Sequence record: OQ708376.1
Length of the DNA stretch: 64,000 bases
Reading direction: 5' to 3' (one strand)
Shown: positions 1-9,320 of the stretch, in pieces
Layout: each line of letters opens with the position of its first letter
Position numbering within the stretch: position 1 is the first letter of the stretch
The notes under the pieces: model-generated
What the model was told of the DNA's origin: nothing
Seen by the model: only the letters and a program-made list of their open reading frames with translations
The model's database searches: none
Program-made: the position numbers and the translations under genes

Positions 1-137
1 AGTAGGCAGAGGAAGTCTGCCGTACTTTGTAGTTTCCAAGCTCCTTTTCCATTTTTCAAATTACATCAAATGTAATCAAAAGTAATCACGCAATGATTAG
101 TACTGAATTATTACTTTCACCTTAATTACAATTACCC

Positions 138-157
138 TTTTACCCTTCGGGGTAAAA
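138..157. other. perfect hairpin TTTTACCC-TTCG-GGGTAAAA
   Basis: 8-bp inverted repeat closing a cUUCGg tetraloop in gene-free DNA. Confidence 0.7.
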
Positions 158-779
158 TTCAATTACCCCTTGAGGCTCCAGCAAAAAGTTGGTTAGTACT
201 CCATCCTAAATCTCGATCCTAAAAATTTTGGAGTACCTATGAAATAAAAGTTGGATCTTCGAAAGTTGAAATTTACGTTGGGACGTTTATGATTTGTGGG
301 ATATAATGATGTTTGTAGACGGGTAGTTCTCAAGAATATCAGTACTGAAAGATGAAAGAAAGTTATTGACTTTATGATTCAGTACTGTATAATGTTCTAC
401 ATAGGGTGATGAGTTGCTGCGAACAATTCATTTACTCTACCTCCTGTCGTGAGACAGTACAGAAAAGATAGTTCCTCCTGTGGTGGTACATCTTTTTGAA
501 CCTCATATGAAAATCGTAATAACAGTACTGATATTAACAGAATGGTGTCAGTACTGATTTTAATCTAAAGCATTATGCCACCAGCACAAGCTGGTGGATT
601 CCCTCTAACAGTATTCAGTACTACATGATGGTCTTCATCCTCCTAGGGTAACATAGTGAGGGCTATGATGGCAGTACTGAATACTCCCTTTCAAAAGATA
701 GATCTATGGTATAGTACTGACGGATTTTGGGCGTAGTTACCCTGGATGGATTTTGGGCGTAGATATGTCTAGCCCTCCA

Positions 780-907
780 GAAGTCTGGAAGTAAAGATGG
801 CTATCCATCTAGACGGCTAAACGGCTAGATTTCTGGATGGCTGGATGGCTAGACGTTTGGACGGCTAAACGGCTAGATGGTTACACGTCTGGAAGTATAG
901 ACGGCTA
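780..907 (+). repeat. degenerate 8-bp tandem array, 16 units, consensus GAYGGCTA
   Basis: gatggcta/gacggcta/aacggcta units stay in exact 8-nt register from 780 to 907. Confidence 0.8.
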
Positions 908-1074
908 AATCAAAATTTTATTTTGTTTTTTCCAATAGTTCCCCTACCGCGTGGGGATAGTTTCCCCGCAGTATCTGGTGTTAGATTTTTCTGAATCTGG
1001 AATCATTATCTTATAAACTGGGGGCAATGTCAACGGCCTGGCCGGATATTTTTAAAAATTTTTTCAGTACTGAA

Positions 1075-1125
1075 TTTTGGGCGTAACTATGCACCCGGTG
1101 GGCTTGAGTCTTTCTCGACTTGATG
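1075..1125 (-). ncRNA. candidate small RNA S1 (CCCA-NN-GGGTG family)
   Basis: TTGCTT-16-TATAAT on - strand, then hairpin AGTC-GAGAAA-GACT and AGCCCACCGGGTGC; no ORF. Confidence 0.45.
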
Positions 1126-1224
1126 GAACTATTATACAGTACTGGAAAAATAAAGCAATACCCTGGAAGCAAAAAAGTTTTAATTAATTTGCTTGCTATC
1201 CTGGGCCGGACTATGGTACTATAT

Positions 1225-1280
1225 TTCAGTACTGAGAAAGTGCGTTTACCTGCTAGGGTGCGGGAGTGTATCCTTTTTTT
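1225..1280 (+). ncRNA. candidate small RNA S2 (degenerate)
   Basis: ACCTGCTAGGGTGCGGGAGTGTATCC followed by T7. Confidence 0.35.
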
Positions 1281-1294
1281 ATATCTTGAATTTT

Positions 1295-1341
1295 GGACGG
1301 ATCTTCCCACCCCCTGGGGTATCCGCTTTCTCGCGTCTATG
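1295..1341 (-). ncRNA. candidate small RNA S3
   Basis: TTGACT-16-TATAAT on - strand, then CCCAGGGGGTGGGAAGATCCGTC. Confidence 0.4.
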
Positions 1342-1536
1342 TAGTAATTATACGCTTTTTCAGGATCAAGTCAATACCTAAAAACAAAATAATTGAAAAT
1401 AATTTAACGCGTTTAAACGGCCTGTAAAGCCCTGGAATGATTGGAATGGTGCAAATGTATAGCTTATGTGTATTAATGCGTTAGAATGCGTCTGAGGACG
1501 TTTTACGGGGTATAGGGATGATTTAGTGGATTGATT

Positions 1537-1623
1537 CAGTACTGAATAATAGTACTCCTATATAGAAAGATAGTTCCCCTGGATGATTGCAGTACTGAAT
1601 AATAGTACTCCTATATAGAAAGA
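1537..1623 (+). repeat. 34-bp perfect direct repeat x2
   Basis: cagtactgaataatagtactcctatatagaaaga at 1537-1570 and 1590-1623. Confidence 0.9.
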
Positions 1624-1737
1624 AAACTATTTTAAAAGTATTTGTAGAAAGTACTTGCACCGTACTGATAAAAGCGTATAATGTTTTACATCGAGAGCGG
1701 GAACACTTCCCGCTACACATTAAGAGAGATTAAAACG

Positions 1738-2100
1738 ATGGCGACTCAAATCAATAAAATCATGCTTAACCTGGTAAACTTCCGCGATGAGATGAAAGGT
1801 CTTCCGGCTGAAACTGTAAAAATTCACATTGCAGCTTATCGGGAACTTATTGCAATGTTGCCGCTTAAGCGTGAACAATACGCCGCTACTTTGATGCTGG
1901 ATTCAATGATCCATATAATGATCTCAAATGATTTGACGATGGTTTATCAGTATATGGGCGAAAATTTCGCGGTGTGTAGTAAGCCAGTACCAGGGATGGC
2001 AACAACTGAGGAATTGCACGGCTTAAACTTAAAACAAGATGCATGGGATAATATGCCTCGTTTCCTGGTATGGGCTGACAGTGGCAAAATTTACAAATAA
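1738..2100 (+). CDS. hypothetical early protein
   Basis: ATG after promoter-hairpin-RBS cassette. Confidence 0.8.
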   Translation: MATQINKIMLNLVNFRDEMKGLPAETVKIHIAAYRELIAMLPLKREQYAATLMLDSMIHIMISNDLTMVYQYMGENFAVCSKPVPGMATTEELHGLNLKQDAWDNMPRFLVWADSGKIYK

Positions 2101-2193
2101 GTTTAATAAAGTACTTGCAAACTATGTTTAATGGCGTATAATGTTTTACATCAGGTGGGGAATAGTTCCCCACTATATAAGAGGATTAAAAAA

Positions 2194-2433
2194 ATGGCTA
2201 AATCAAAAATGTTCTTAGGTCACAAAAACAAAACTCATTGGAATGTAAGCCTTTGGATTAATAACGATGAGGGATTGTATCGGTTGGCCCAGGACTTTAT
2301 TAACGATAGCACTAATCGCAATGATGCGGCCCGTCATATGATGTTATTTTTAGAACAGACTGGACAAGATAAAACACCGGACGGATTCAAATATAGCACT
2401 ACTGCGATCCGTGCGGCGATGGTTGGAATGTAA
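2194..2433 (+). CDS. conserved phage hypothetical protein (WNVSLWINNDEGLY...TPDG)
   Basis: GAGGA RBS; motif recalled from a widespread phage family. Confidence 0.8.
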   Translation: MAKSKMFLGHKNKTHWNVSLWINNDEGLYRLAQDFINDSTNRNDAARHMMLFLEQTGQDKTPDGFKYSTTAIRAAMVGM

Positions 2434-2519
2434 TAGAATTTATTTAAAGTACTATCATTTTTTTGCGATAGTACTTTATAATAGTGTTTTATTCATACAC
2501 CAACGATAAGGGCAACAGC

Positions 2520-2786
2520 ATGAAAATTAAGTATTTTGCGACGCGTGAACAAGCTCGGATCGCCGCACGCCAGGACGGGGCAACGTTTAAAGATATGGGC
2601 GTACAATCGGAACGTGGTAAACGTTGGGCCATTGTAAAGCGTAGTACCGCCAGATCATTACAGTACTGGTTAGCGGCCTTAAAAAGTCCCGATAGTGTAT
2701 CGCGTCGAGTGGTAGAAATAAAGCTCGACCGAAAGGGCAACCGCGTGACCGTGTACCGTACTAAAAAGATTGCAGTACTTGAATAA
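2520..2786 (+). CDS. basic early protein, paralogue of 14497..14892
   Basis: shared ATREQARIAAR/FKDMG/RWA/DRKGNRVTVY motifs. Confidence 0.8.
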   Translation: MKIKYFATREQARIAARQDGATFKDMGVQSERGKRWAIVKRSTARSLQYWLAALKSPDSVSRRVVEIKLDRKGNRVTVYRTKKIAVLE

Positions 2787-2867
2787 AAAGTACTTGCAAA
2801 CTATGTTTAATGGCGTATAATGTTTTACATCGAGAGCGGGAACTCTTCCCGCCTATAACCTGGAGTA

Positions 2868-3104
2868 ATGAAAATGACTAATATGTATATGACTGAAGTT
2901 AAAACCGTAAAAGATACTACCACGAATAAAACTACTTACTTACAGCGGATCTGTGGTGTATGGCAACGTATCAGCAAATCAAAGTACTTTAAATTAACAT
3001 CATATGCAAACCGTTCGGATTCATTCAGTACTGAAATAAAAGGTAATAAAGTACACCAATACGGCACTTATTATTATTATAGCCTGGACGCGATTGCAGT
3101 ATAA
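2868..3104 (+). CDS. hypothetical early protein
   Basis: cassette with GGAG RBS. Confidence 0.75.
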   Translation: MKMTNMYMTEVKTVKDTTTNKTTYLQRICGVWQRISKSKYFKLTSYANRSDSFSTEIKGNKVHQYGTYYYYSLDAIAV

Positions 3105-3169
3105 GCAGTTTACAAATCTTTACAATTGCCGGTATTGACTTATTTTGTCAGTACTGGCATAATGTATTC

Positions 3170-3215
3170 ATTGGCAGATAAGCCGTAGCCCATAGGGTGC
3201 GGGAGTGTATCTATA
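3170..3215 (+). ncRNA. candidate small RNA S4
   Basis: TTGACT-17-CATAAT (3135-3163), then AGCCCATAGGGTGCGGGAGTGTATCTA. Confidence 0.45.
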
Positions 3216-3234
3216 GAAAAATTAGTTTAGTATA

Positions 3235-3273
3235 GTTACAATTGTGCACCCGGTGGGTTAGCTGTTGTCATGG
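3235..3273 (-). ncRNA. candidate small RNA S5 (convergent with S4)
   Basis: TTGACA-17-TATAAT on - strand, then AACCCACCGGGTGCACAATTGTA. Confidence 0.45.
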
Positions 3274-3389
3274 GGTATATTATACCAGTACTTGATAATG
3301 CTGTCAATACTTTTTTTTTACTATTCAGTACTGAAAACTATTTTTAAAAAGTACTTGCAAACTATGTTTAAAGGCGTATAATGTTTTAC

Positions 3390-3464
3390 ATCAGGACGGG
3401 GAACGAAATAAGTAACTTCCCGTTAAGTAGCCCAGGAGTAAGGCACACGAAAAACTCCCCTGAT
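3390..3464 (+). ncRNA. candidate multi-stem RNA J1
   Basis: promoter 3356; ATCAGG/CCTGAT closing stem with two internal hairpins; next promoter follows with no ORF. Confidence 0.45.
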
Positions 3465-3532
3465 AAAATAGTTTGACAAATGTTTTTAAAAGCGTATAAT
3501 ACTTACATCAACTACTGAATGAGGGTTACAAA

Positions 3533-4144
3533 ATGAAAACTATCACTACTACTACTTATGTTATGGCTTTTTCTGAATTGAACGCAGAACAACAAACGTC
3601 AGCTATCGAACTGGTTCGGGAACGTGAAAAAAACTCAAACGACAATTATTTTTCTGAAAGTGAAATTGAATACTATAAAGAAACAGTACTACCGGAATAT
3701 GGCATTAATGACGCTGAAATACAATTCAGTGGTTTTTGGTCCCAGGGTGACGGTGCATCAATCAGTACTGACCACGTTGACGCAGTGAAGTTTTTACGCA
3801 AGGTAAGAGCATTAACTAAGTATCGCTCAATCCGTCACTTGCTGAATGAAGATGATTTGGCGATGAGTGTAAAACGTTCGCACTCCCACTACTCGCATGA
3901 GAATACTGTAAGCGGGTACATTGAATCGGCTTACACTGATTTAACCGCAAAACAAGAAACGTTAGTTAATGAGCTTGAGGAACTACTCACTGAAACTATT
4001 CGTGAATTGTCCCGCAAGTTGTACCGTGATTTAGAGAATGCATATGAGGATCAATTCACTACTGAAAACATTACGGCACTGATTGAGGGTAACGAATATC
4101 AATTCAATGTTATTGATGGCGTAGTAGAATCAATCGAATATTAA
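3533..4144 (+). CDS. conserved phage protein (SGFWSQGDGAS family; often auto-annotated as antitoxin-like, unproven)
   Basis: FSEL...FSGFWSQGDGAS...HYSHE...LYRDLE..YE...NEYQF pattern; acidic. Confidence 0.8.
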   Translation: MKTITTTTYVMAFSELNAEQQTSAIELVREREKNSNDNYFSESEIEYYKETVLPEYGINDAEIQFSGFWSQGDGASISTDHVDAVKFLRKVRALTKYRSIRHLLNEDDLAMSVKRSHSHYSHENTVSGYIESAYTDLTAKQETLVNELEELLTETIRELSRKLYRDLENAYEDQFTTENITALIEGNEYQFNVIDGVVESIEY

Positions 4145-4236
4145 TTTAAAAAGTACTTGCAAACTAAGTTTAAAAGCGTATAATACTTTATATCGAGAGC
4201 GGGAATAGTTCCCGCTACTAATGAGGAATACTACAA

Positions 4237-4401
4237 ATGAATACTTTTACCTTCGCTCAATTGAACGCCCTGGATGTATTGTCTGATGCTTTGCGGGATG
4301 CAACTGAAAGCGGTTTATTTGACAATGTTGACATTCACCCTGATGTAATTAATAATTTTTGTGATGCTATCGCAGAAGTACTGGAAGATCTAAAAAAATA
4401 A
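4237..4401 (+). CDS. small acidic hypothetical protein (54 aa)
   Basis: below track cutoff; cassette and GAGGA RBS. Confidence 0.7.
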   Translation: MNTFTFAQLNALDVLSDALRDATESGLFDNVDIHPDVINNFCDAIAEVLEDLKK

Positions 4402-4489
4402 TAGAAAGTACTTGCAATTAGTTTTCAGTACTGTATAATGGTTTACATCAAAGGGAGAAATGGTTCTCCCTGGTAATGAGGAAAATACA

Positions 4490-4711
4490 ATGGCTAATAT
4501 CACTACTCTTTCCCAACTGGAAGCACTGGTTAAATCTATGCGGGAACATGCTGACAAAATCGGCGTACAAGATCCAGCCGTTTGCTTCTGCGACGAATTG
4601 AATGATGATACCCTGGTAATAGCAGAAGTCCAGGACGTTTCTAACTATTCCTCGCGTTACACTGGCGGCGTAGCAAATAAAGGTGACTTCTGTTTATACC
4701 TTACAAAATAA
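4490..4711 (+). CDS. hypothetical early protein
   Basis: GAGGA RBS after hairpin. Confidence 0.75.
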   Translation: MANITTLSQLEALVKSMREHADKIGVQDPAVCFCDELNDDTLVIAEVQDVSNYSSRYTGGVANKGDFCLYLTK

Positions 4712-4746
4712 CAACGCGGGGAGATAATAACTCCCCGTTACTTTTT
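4712..4746 (+). terminator. intrinsic terminator
   Basis: GGGGAG/CTCCCC stem and T tract. Confidence 0.6.
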
Positions 4747-4764
4747 CAGTACTGAATCATTTAA

Positions 4765-4812
4765 TAGACGGATCTCGGCACCCGGTGGGTTAGTGACTGT
4801 TTCGTCTTGATG
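4765..4812 (-). ncRNA. candidate small RNA S6
   Basis: TTGACA-17-CATAAT on - strand, then AACCCACCGGGTGCCGAGATCCGTC. Confidence 0.45.
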
Positions 4813-4954
4813 TAGTAATTATGCCAGTACTGGATGCACTTGTCAACAATTATTTTCCAAATACTTTTTATTAAAATACTTGCAATTAGTTTTTAAACGC
4901 GTATAATGTTTTGCATAGGGGGAGCGGTTCCCCTGGTAACTAAGGAATAATAAA

Positions 4955-5191
4955 ATGCTTGAACAAATCAAATCAACGTCTTCGAATGTAACGGGAACGG
5001 TAGCACACTTTACTAGTGATGAATCGCGGGGCGTTCCCTATTGTGCTGTACATGTAAACACTGAGGGTAACTACTGGTTTACGGTTTACGGATCATATTC
5101 ATTTGGACGGCCTGGACATCAAAAAATTCTGGATAAAGTACAACCAACGGGTAAAAATATCACTGCCGAAATGTTTTATAAAAAATCATAA
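4955..5191 (+). CDS. hypothetical early protein
   Basis: cassette and AAGGA RBS. Confidence 0.75.
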   Translation: MLEQIKSTSSNVTGTVAHFTSDESRGVPYCAVHVNTEGNYWFTVYGSYSFGRPGHQKILDKVQPTGKNITAEMFYKKS

Positions 5192-5275
5192 AGTACTTGC
5201 AATTAGTTTTTAGTACTGTATAATATTTTACATCGCAAGGGGAAACGGTTTCCCCTGGTAACTAAGGATAATCAA

Positions 5276-5575
5276 ATGAAAATTGCAATCATCGCCCTGG
5301 CTTTATCTGTTTCCTCTTTCGCTGTTAATGCGTCATTAGATGTAAGTAGTGAAAAATTCATTCAGTGCACTGTTGCAATGACCGATGAAAGAACTGGCGA
5401 GATTGTATTAAAGGATTTAGAGATCCAGCCGGAAGCATTTAAAAACGGCCCGTTCCATGAAGAAGACGAAAACGGTAGCACGACAATTTATTATGATGCC
5501 AGTACTAAACGCGGTTCGGTCACTGTAATGGATACCGAGAAAGTAACTCATACCGGCGTTATTAATTGCCGTTGA
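5276..5575 (+). CDS. exported/periplasmic protein
   Basis: signal peptide MKIAIIALALSVSSFAVNA; two Cys. Confidence 0.75.
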   Translation: MKIAIIALALSVSSFAVNASLDVSSEKFIQCTVAMTDERTGEIVLKDLEIQPEAFKNGPFHEEDENGSTTIYYDASTKRGSVTVMDTEKVTHTGVINCR

Positions 5576-5596
5576 TAGATACTACGGGGTAACATC

Positions 5597-5827
5597 ATGA
5601 CTAAGCGAATTGTTTTACTTAACGAAAGCAGTACTACACAACTACTTAACGCCGTGCATTATGATATTGAAACGAGCGTTAATCTTATCAGTACTGTAGT
5701 TCTGTTGGACACTGGAAAGGTAGCCAATGATAAAGCGATTGCAGGTATACTAACGGATCTTGTGCCTGGTAGCAGTGCACCAATAACGTTAAATGGTAAA
5801 GTGTTTAATATTTTACTCACTGATTAA
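5597..5827 (+). CDS. hypothetical protein
   Basis: ORF followed by terminator. Confidence 0.7.
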   Translation: MTKRIVLLNESSTTQLLNAVHYDIETSVNLISTVVLLDTGKVANDKAIAGILTDLVPGSSAPITLNGKVFNILLTD

Positions 5828-5833
5828 GTACAT

Positions 5834-5855
5834 AGCCCACCTGGTGGGCTTTTTT
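5834..5855 (+). terminator. intrinsic terminator
   Basis: AGCCCAC-CTG-GTGGGCT and T tract. Confidence 0.85.
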
Positions 5856-5944
5856 GTTTTTGTAGTATCGTAGTACTGAGATACTTTGAAAATAGTTTTA
5901 AAAAAGTAGTTGACATTACCACAGAAAAGCGTAGAATGTATTAC

Positions 5945-6017
5945 ATCAAGACGGGGAGCACTAAGTAGACCGCCAGTAAGTCGAACGAAAAACTGGACAC
6001 GTCGAGAAAACTTTGAT
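5945..6017 (+). ncRNA. structured leader/RNA J2
   Basis: shares ATCA.GACGGGGA, TAAGTAG and AGTAAG-N5-CGAAAAACT with J1/J3. Confidence 0.4.
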
Positions 6018-6060
6018 ACACTAATAAACGTAAACTAAACTTTAATTGAGGATTTATAAA

Positions 6061-6543
6061 ATGGCTAATGTAAAATCATTCATCAAAGCACTGGTAGCAA
6101 ATGAAACTAACGTCGCGGCTGAGATCCTGGCTGAACTGGATAACGATACCATGAAAGCGGTACGCAACAATTTTAACATTGCGTACAGTGAAGCTAAAGA
6201 ACTGCAAGCCAAAAAGGTAGCAGAACTGGAAGAACAGAAAAAAGCCCGTGAAGCAGAACTACAAGCAACAATTGAAAGTATTCAGGCGGCAGTGTCTGGA
6301 TTGGATCTGGAAGTGGTTGTAGAAATGGCACATAAAGCCCTGGCGGTTAAGTACGGTGAAGATAAGCCGGAATCTAAACCTAAAAAATGGATTCAAGAAC
6401 GTGTTACTGTAGTACTTGATAACGGTGAAGAACATTTGATTCCTGTACGCGGTAACTGCATTGCGGTAGTACTGGACGCTATCAAAGAAAGCGGTATGAC
6501 TCGCGAGGAATGGATCGAAGCTCATCGCAAAGTTGAAGCATAA
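6061..6543 (+). CDS. H-NS-like protein (putative)
   Basis: coiled-coil N-terminus; C-terminus VVLDNGEEHLIPVRGNCIAVVLDAIKESGMTREEW parallels H-NS [35 protein letters not shown]. Confidence 0.5.
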   Translation: MANVKSFIKALVANETNVAAEILAELDNDTMKAVRNNFNIAYSEAKELQAKKVAELEEQKKAREAELQATIESIQAAVSGLDLEVVVEMAHKALAVKYGEDKPESKPKKWIQERVTVVLDNGEEHLIPVRGNCIAVVLDAIKESGMTREEWIEAHRKVEA

Positions 6544-6564
6544 CAATTAAAGTACTGAATCACT

Positions 6565-6591
6565 AGCCCACCTTAAACAGTGGGCTTTTTT
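6565..6591 (+). terminator. intrinsic terminator
   Basis: AGCCCAC..GTGGGCT and T tract. Confidence 0.85.
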
Positions 6592-6828
6592 GTGTCTGTA
6601 GTATTCCAGTCCACCAGCACCGCCTAGAATCGATTCTAACGCATTAAACTGATTATCTGATACATCGCCCTAGCTGGTGGCGTTAAGGTCGTTAGAATGC
6701 GATTGAGAGCGTTTAAAGTATTTTGCAAAAAGTAATAAAAAGTACTTGCACGATTAAGAGATTAGCGTATAATGTTTTACATCGAGAGGGGGAAACGGTT
6801 CTCCTTCCAAATCAAAGGAATCAAAACA

Positions 6829-7056
6829 ATGGCTATTATCATTACTCGCGTATCTGGTACTACTGGCAACGAACAAGTAGTTGCAGTCATTACTAACAAG
6901 GCAGGTGCGGAATTGCAAAATGCAATGAATACCTGGGCCGTTAATGAGTTCGGTCAGTGGGCAAGTGTAGCATACATTGAAACCTATCAAGTGCCGTCGA
7001 TTAGTTTAACTGATTTGGGCGTTGAGCGTATCCTTTGCCTGGATGAATTAAATTAA
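6829..7056 (+). CDS. hypothetical early protein
   Basis: cassette and RBS. Confidence 0.75.
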   Translation: MAIIITRVSGTTGNEQVVAVITNKAGAELQNAMNTWAVNEFGQWASVAYIETYQVPSISLTDLGVERILCLDELN

Positions 7057-7142
7057 AAAAAGTACTTGCAAAGTAAATCGAATAAAGTATAATACATTAC
7101 ATCAAGGGGAGAAATGATTCTCCCCACTACAAGGAAACTAAA

Positions 7143-7355
7143 ATGGCTATCATTACTAAAATCAAAGTTAACAAGACTATCGTTAAACTGGCAGAAGTGA
7201 AAGAAGGTTATAAAGTATCTTGGTGCGGTATGTATCGGACGTTCGCAGATATAGATGATGCGATCAATTATTACAGTGACACGGTTAAAAACTTTGTTCG
7301 TGCTGATGTGGTTATGGCAGTGGCAACATATAAAGCAGCGAAAGAAAGTAAGTAA
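7143..7355 (+). CDS. hypothetical early protein, similar to 10054..10233
   Basis: cassette; MAII..K...G.Y.VS.....R...D/E.A pattern. Confidence 0.75.
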   Translation: MAIITKIKVNKTIVKLAEVKEGYKVSWCGMYRTFADIDDAINYYSDTVKNFVRADVVMAVATYKAAKESK

Positions 7356-7446
7356 AAATATTATCACAGTACTATTGACATAGTTTGATAGTACTGGCAT
7401 AATAGATTTTATCAAGACGACACATATTAATTTAAGGAATACTAAA

Positions 7447-7770
7447 ATGGCTAAAACTATCATCAACACCGTTTCCCTGGCTGCAATCCATGCAATCAAT
7501 GTTGACGGTAAACGTTGGACTGATTCATATGGCAATACTTATCATTCTTGTCATGTAAGCGTTGAACTGGATAACGGCTTGAATGATCTGGCGGTTGAAT
7601 CATTTACTTATGGCTATGAGGATGCATATCAACAAACGGCGGTATCACTCTTAAAGGAATCAGTAGACGGGCTTGATACTGTTGAAACCTCCCTCTATCG
7701 TTTGTGCAATGATCTTAATATCCCGTTGCATTGTACTGTACAGGATGTAAAACGTAAAAAAGATCTTTAA
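7447..7770 (+). CDS. early protein, paralogue of 14078..14401
   Basis: RWTD..GNTYHSC, FTYGY, DVKRKKD motifs. Confidence 0.8.
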   Translation: MAKTIINTVSLAAIHAINVDGKRWTDSYGNTYHSCHVSVELDNGLNDLAVESFTYGYEDAYQQTAVSLLKESVDGLDTVETSLYRLCNDLNIPLHCTVQDVKRKKDL

Positions 7771-7850
7771 TTAGCTTTACTTTATGCAGATACTTTGATA
7801 TAGTGTCTGCATAGGGGAAAGAAATTAAATCAACTTAAGAGGAAAGTAAA

Positions 7851-8120
7851 ATGAAAAATATCAGTACTTTAATCGATGCAGGTACACATGTTCGTCGGTC
7901 TATGGTTGCAACCAGTTCTACAAAACAAGTAGCGAGCGGTTATCTTGTATTTGTGCACGATGGAAAACTCCTGGAACGTTCAATCAATTTTGATGTTAAA
8001 AACAATTGCCGTTTTATTATCTTTCGCCGTGAACAATATAAAATTGATTTGCCAGCGAAGCCCATTAGCGGGGCGTACAACGTGCAATCATTGTTTGAGC
8101 GTCAACCTTACACCTATTAA
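7851..8120 (+). CDS. hypothetical protein
   Basis: GAGGA RBS. Confidence 0.7.
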   Translation: MKNISTLIDAGTHVRRSMVATSSTKQVASGYLVFVHDGKLLERSINFDVKNNCRFIIFRREQYKIDLPAKPISGAYNVQSLFERQPYTY

Positions 8121-8171
8121 TCAAAACATCGTTAGCGGTCGATTTAGGCCGCTTATATTGGGGATTATACC

Positions 8172-8444
8172 ATGAACGTTAATCAAGTACTGAATGAGAT
8201 CGAAAGCATCATTAAACCGATGAAGCGTACTGATGCTATGTTAACACCGGAAGAATGCCGCCTTTATGAGCGTTACAGCGTCGAACAAGTCCAGGCAATG
8301 GCTATGGCTACCCCAGCCGTTTCACCGCCTGAGAATGCGTTACAGGACGTTACAGGGGATTATATCATTAATCCAGTACTAGGGAAGATGACTGCAATCA
8401 CCGAAGATCAAAAAGACTACTTAAGCCAGTACTTAAAAGGTTAA
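8172..8444 (+). CDS. hypothetical protein
   Basis: ORF track. Confidence 0.7.
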   Translation: MNVNQVLNEIESIIKPMKRTDAMLTPEECRLYERYSVEQVQAMAMATPAVSPPENALQDVTGDYIINPVLGKMTAITEDQKDYLSQYLKG

Positions 8445-8449
8445 TTAAT

Positions 8450-8659
8450 ATGCTTACTGTACAGGATAAGATCGACATCTTAAAGGTTAATATGTATGTG
8501 ATTGATGCCGTACCTGGTAAAGTATTTGCATACGATGATAGTACTGTAAGCGATTTCTACTATAGCCAGGACGTGGGGGATCTTTCTGTACAGTCGGTTA
8601 TTGAAAACGTAGTTAATGCAGCGTATGAGCATTTACTTTCAAATAGTACTTGCAATTAG
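8450..8659 (+). CDS. hypothetical protein
   Basis: ORF track, operonic spacing. Confidence 0.7.
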   Translation: MLTVQDKIDILKVNMYVIDAVPGKVFAYDDSTVSDFYYSQDVGDLSVQSVIENVVNAAYEHLLSNSTCN

Positions 8660-8727
8660 TTTTTAAACGCGTATAATGTTTTACATGAAGGGGAGAAATG
8701 ATTCTCCCCAATAACAGGAGAAACAAA

Positions 8728-8880
8728 ATGAAACAATACAACGCTCGGTTTGATGTTACTATCGGTAACGGCAAAGGTCAATTCTCTTTCAGTACTCGCC
8801 GCAGTTATACAGAAAACTTCCTGCGTAATTGTGCACTGACCGCCGCTCAAATTAAACACTATTTTCAGGCTAAAAAATGA
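8728..8880 (+). CDS. hypothetical early protein (50 aa)
   Basis: cassette and AGGAG RBS. Confidence 0.7.
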   Translation: MKQYNARFDVTIGNGKGQFSFSTRRSYTENFLRNCALTAAQIKHYFQAKK

Positions 8881-9154
8881 AATCATTAGCTTATTACAGT
8901 TCGGCCCTGGTCGGTGCATTGATCGCGGCATTGTTAGTAACCTATCTATTCTTTATGGTGATTTAAATGAATCCAACAGGTTTAAACTATAAAAGTTGTT
9001 CTGCATTTACGAAAGCAAATAAAGCGAATGCACGTAAAGCGAAAGTACAGGAATACATCAAGCAAGGCATGACGCGAAAAGCGGCGATTATAAAAGCTAA
9101 AAATAAATGAAAAAAGTGGTTGACTTCGGTCAGCCATTTTGTTATTATATATTC

Positions 9155-9200
9155 ATTGAGAGATAGCTCACTAGCCCACAGGGTGCAGGAGTGTATCTAT
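9155..9200 (+). ncRNA. candidate small RNA S7
   Basis: TTGACT-17-TATTAT, then AGCCCACAGGGTGCAGGAGTGTATCTA. Confidence 0.45.
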
Positions 9201-9320
9201 TGTATGAGTATTGAGTACTGAAAACTATTTTTAAAAAGTACTTGCAAACTATCTCAATAAGCGTATAATGTTTTACATCGAAAGGGGAAACGGTTTCCCC
9301 TGGTAATAAGGAAACAAATC

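Noticed and set aside
1011-1720. Track ORFs 1011-1310(-), 1120-1344, 1193-1381, 1523-1720(-)
   Set aside because: No RBS; they run across promoters and repeats of the non-coding elements, so they are likely spurious
3390-3464. Hammerhead ribozyme in J1/J3 (CTGAT.. and CGAAA)
   Set aside because: CTGATAA lacks the required CUGANGA and the motif order and stems do not fit
3533-4144. Calling this gene a true antitoxin
   Set aside because: That label is a propagated database annotation for the family; no cognate toxin or supporting feature is visible here
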